DNA of 64,000 nt from an uncultured Gammaproteobacteria bacterium (GTDB lineage: Bacteria; Pseudomonadota; Gammaproteobacteria; Steroidobacterales; UBA11654). Made by a program: the position numbers and the translations under genes. The notes under the pieces were generated by a model. The model saw only the letters and a program-made list of their open reading frames with translations. It was not told the DNA's origin and searched no databases. The stretch lies in assembly GCA_902595845.1 (NCBI GenBank), contig CACJRN010000001.1:19111-83110 (forward strand), given 5' to 3'. Positions 63,464-64,000 of the stretch are shown here, piece by piece; within the stretch, counting starts at the first letter, position 1, and the number at the start of each line of letters is the position of its first letter.

Positions 63464-64000
63464 TGAATAAAGAATTTGAAAAAAGACGACGTAGACTCGC
63501 CAAGTTGATTGGCAAAGATGGTATTGCTGTAATCCCAACAGCCAGCACTCGAGTCAGAAGTCGAGATACAGATTATCCCTACAGACCGGATAGTGATTTT
63601 TACTATTTTACTGGACTTTCTGAACCTCATGCCGTGATGATTTTAGCGCCTGGAAGAGAAGATGGAGCTTTCATTGTATGCCTGAGAGCCAAAAATCCTT
63701 TGACTGAGATTTGGGATGGTCATATGGAGGGGCTTAATGGTGTGAAAAAGAATTTTGGAGTTGACCAGAGTTTTAAGATTGAAGATTTAGAGACAATTCT
63801 TTCATCCCTCTTTTTGGGTCGACAGAAAGTATTTTTCACATTGGGTCAAGATGATCTTTTAGATAAGACTTTAATGAAAAGTTATAACGCTGTCAGAGCA
63901 GGGCAGAGAAGAGGTGGTGTGGTGCCATCTGAAATCCAAGCCTTGGAACCACTGATTCATGAAATGAGACTCATCAAATCTAAAAAAGAGATCAGTTTGA
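63463..64000 (+). CDS. pepP: Xaa-Pro aminopeptidase PepP, 3'-truncated by window edge
   Basis: Not in the ORF track because there is no stop in the window. ATG 63463 overlaps the ygfB TGA (TGATG). Manual translation gives MNKEFEKRRRRLAKLIG...DYPYRPDSDFYYFTGLSEPHAVMIL, a PepP N-terminal domain. Confidence 0.88.
   Translation, partial: MNKEFEKRRRRLAKLIGKDGIAVIPTASTRVRSRDTDYPYRPDSDFYYFTGLSEPHAVMILAPGREDGAFIVCLRAKNPLTEIWDGHMEGLNGVKKNFGVDQSFKIEDLETILSSLFLGRQKVFFTLGQDDLLDKTLMKSYNAVRAGQRRGGVVPSEIQALEPLIHEMRLIKSKKEISL

Overview
This is a densely packed, AT-rich core-genome window from a streamlined gammaproteobacterium. The assignment rests on E. coli/Pseudomonas-type synteny, not on any search. About 31 kb (2.3-33.5 kb) is one co-directional translation/transcription supercluster: thrU-tyrU-glyT-thrT-tuf, tRNA-Trp, secE-nusG, rplKAJL, rpoBC, rpsL-rpsG-fusA, then the S10, spc and alpha operons (including an untracked rpmJ) and trpS. 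The remainder is housekeeping: uvrA/ssb, miaB-ybeZ-ybeY-corC-lnt, leuS-lptE, tdk, a nupC-family/2OG-oxygenase/hisI operon, cysS, sufE-like, yidD, holA-rsfS-rlmH, a miniature YhdP-like protein, a C-N hydrolase, tldD, purE, pmbA, purC, rpe, rplM-rpsI, a Tat-signal aldo/keto reductase, rpiA, MTHFS, 6S RNA, zapA, a coiled-coil protein, ygfB and pepP. I see no CRISPR array, mobile element, toxin-antitoxin or defence-island signature, so I cannot support a claim of a novel multi-gene system here. The items most worth follow-up are: (1) a 238-nt structured, promoter-bearing spacer between rpsJ and rplC, in a cluster that otherwise lacks every classical autoregulatory leader; (2) long acidic extensions on L5, L3 and RpoA; (3) a 392-aa YhdP-like protein at the syntenic position of a ~1270-aa protein; (4) the hisI/2OG-oxygenase/nucleoside-transporter operon beside tdk. 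All start refinements, promoters and RNA structures were read by eye and need computational or experimental confirmation.
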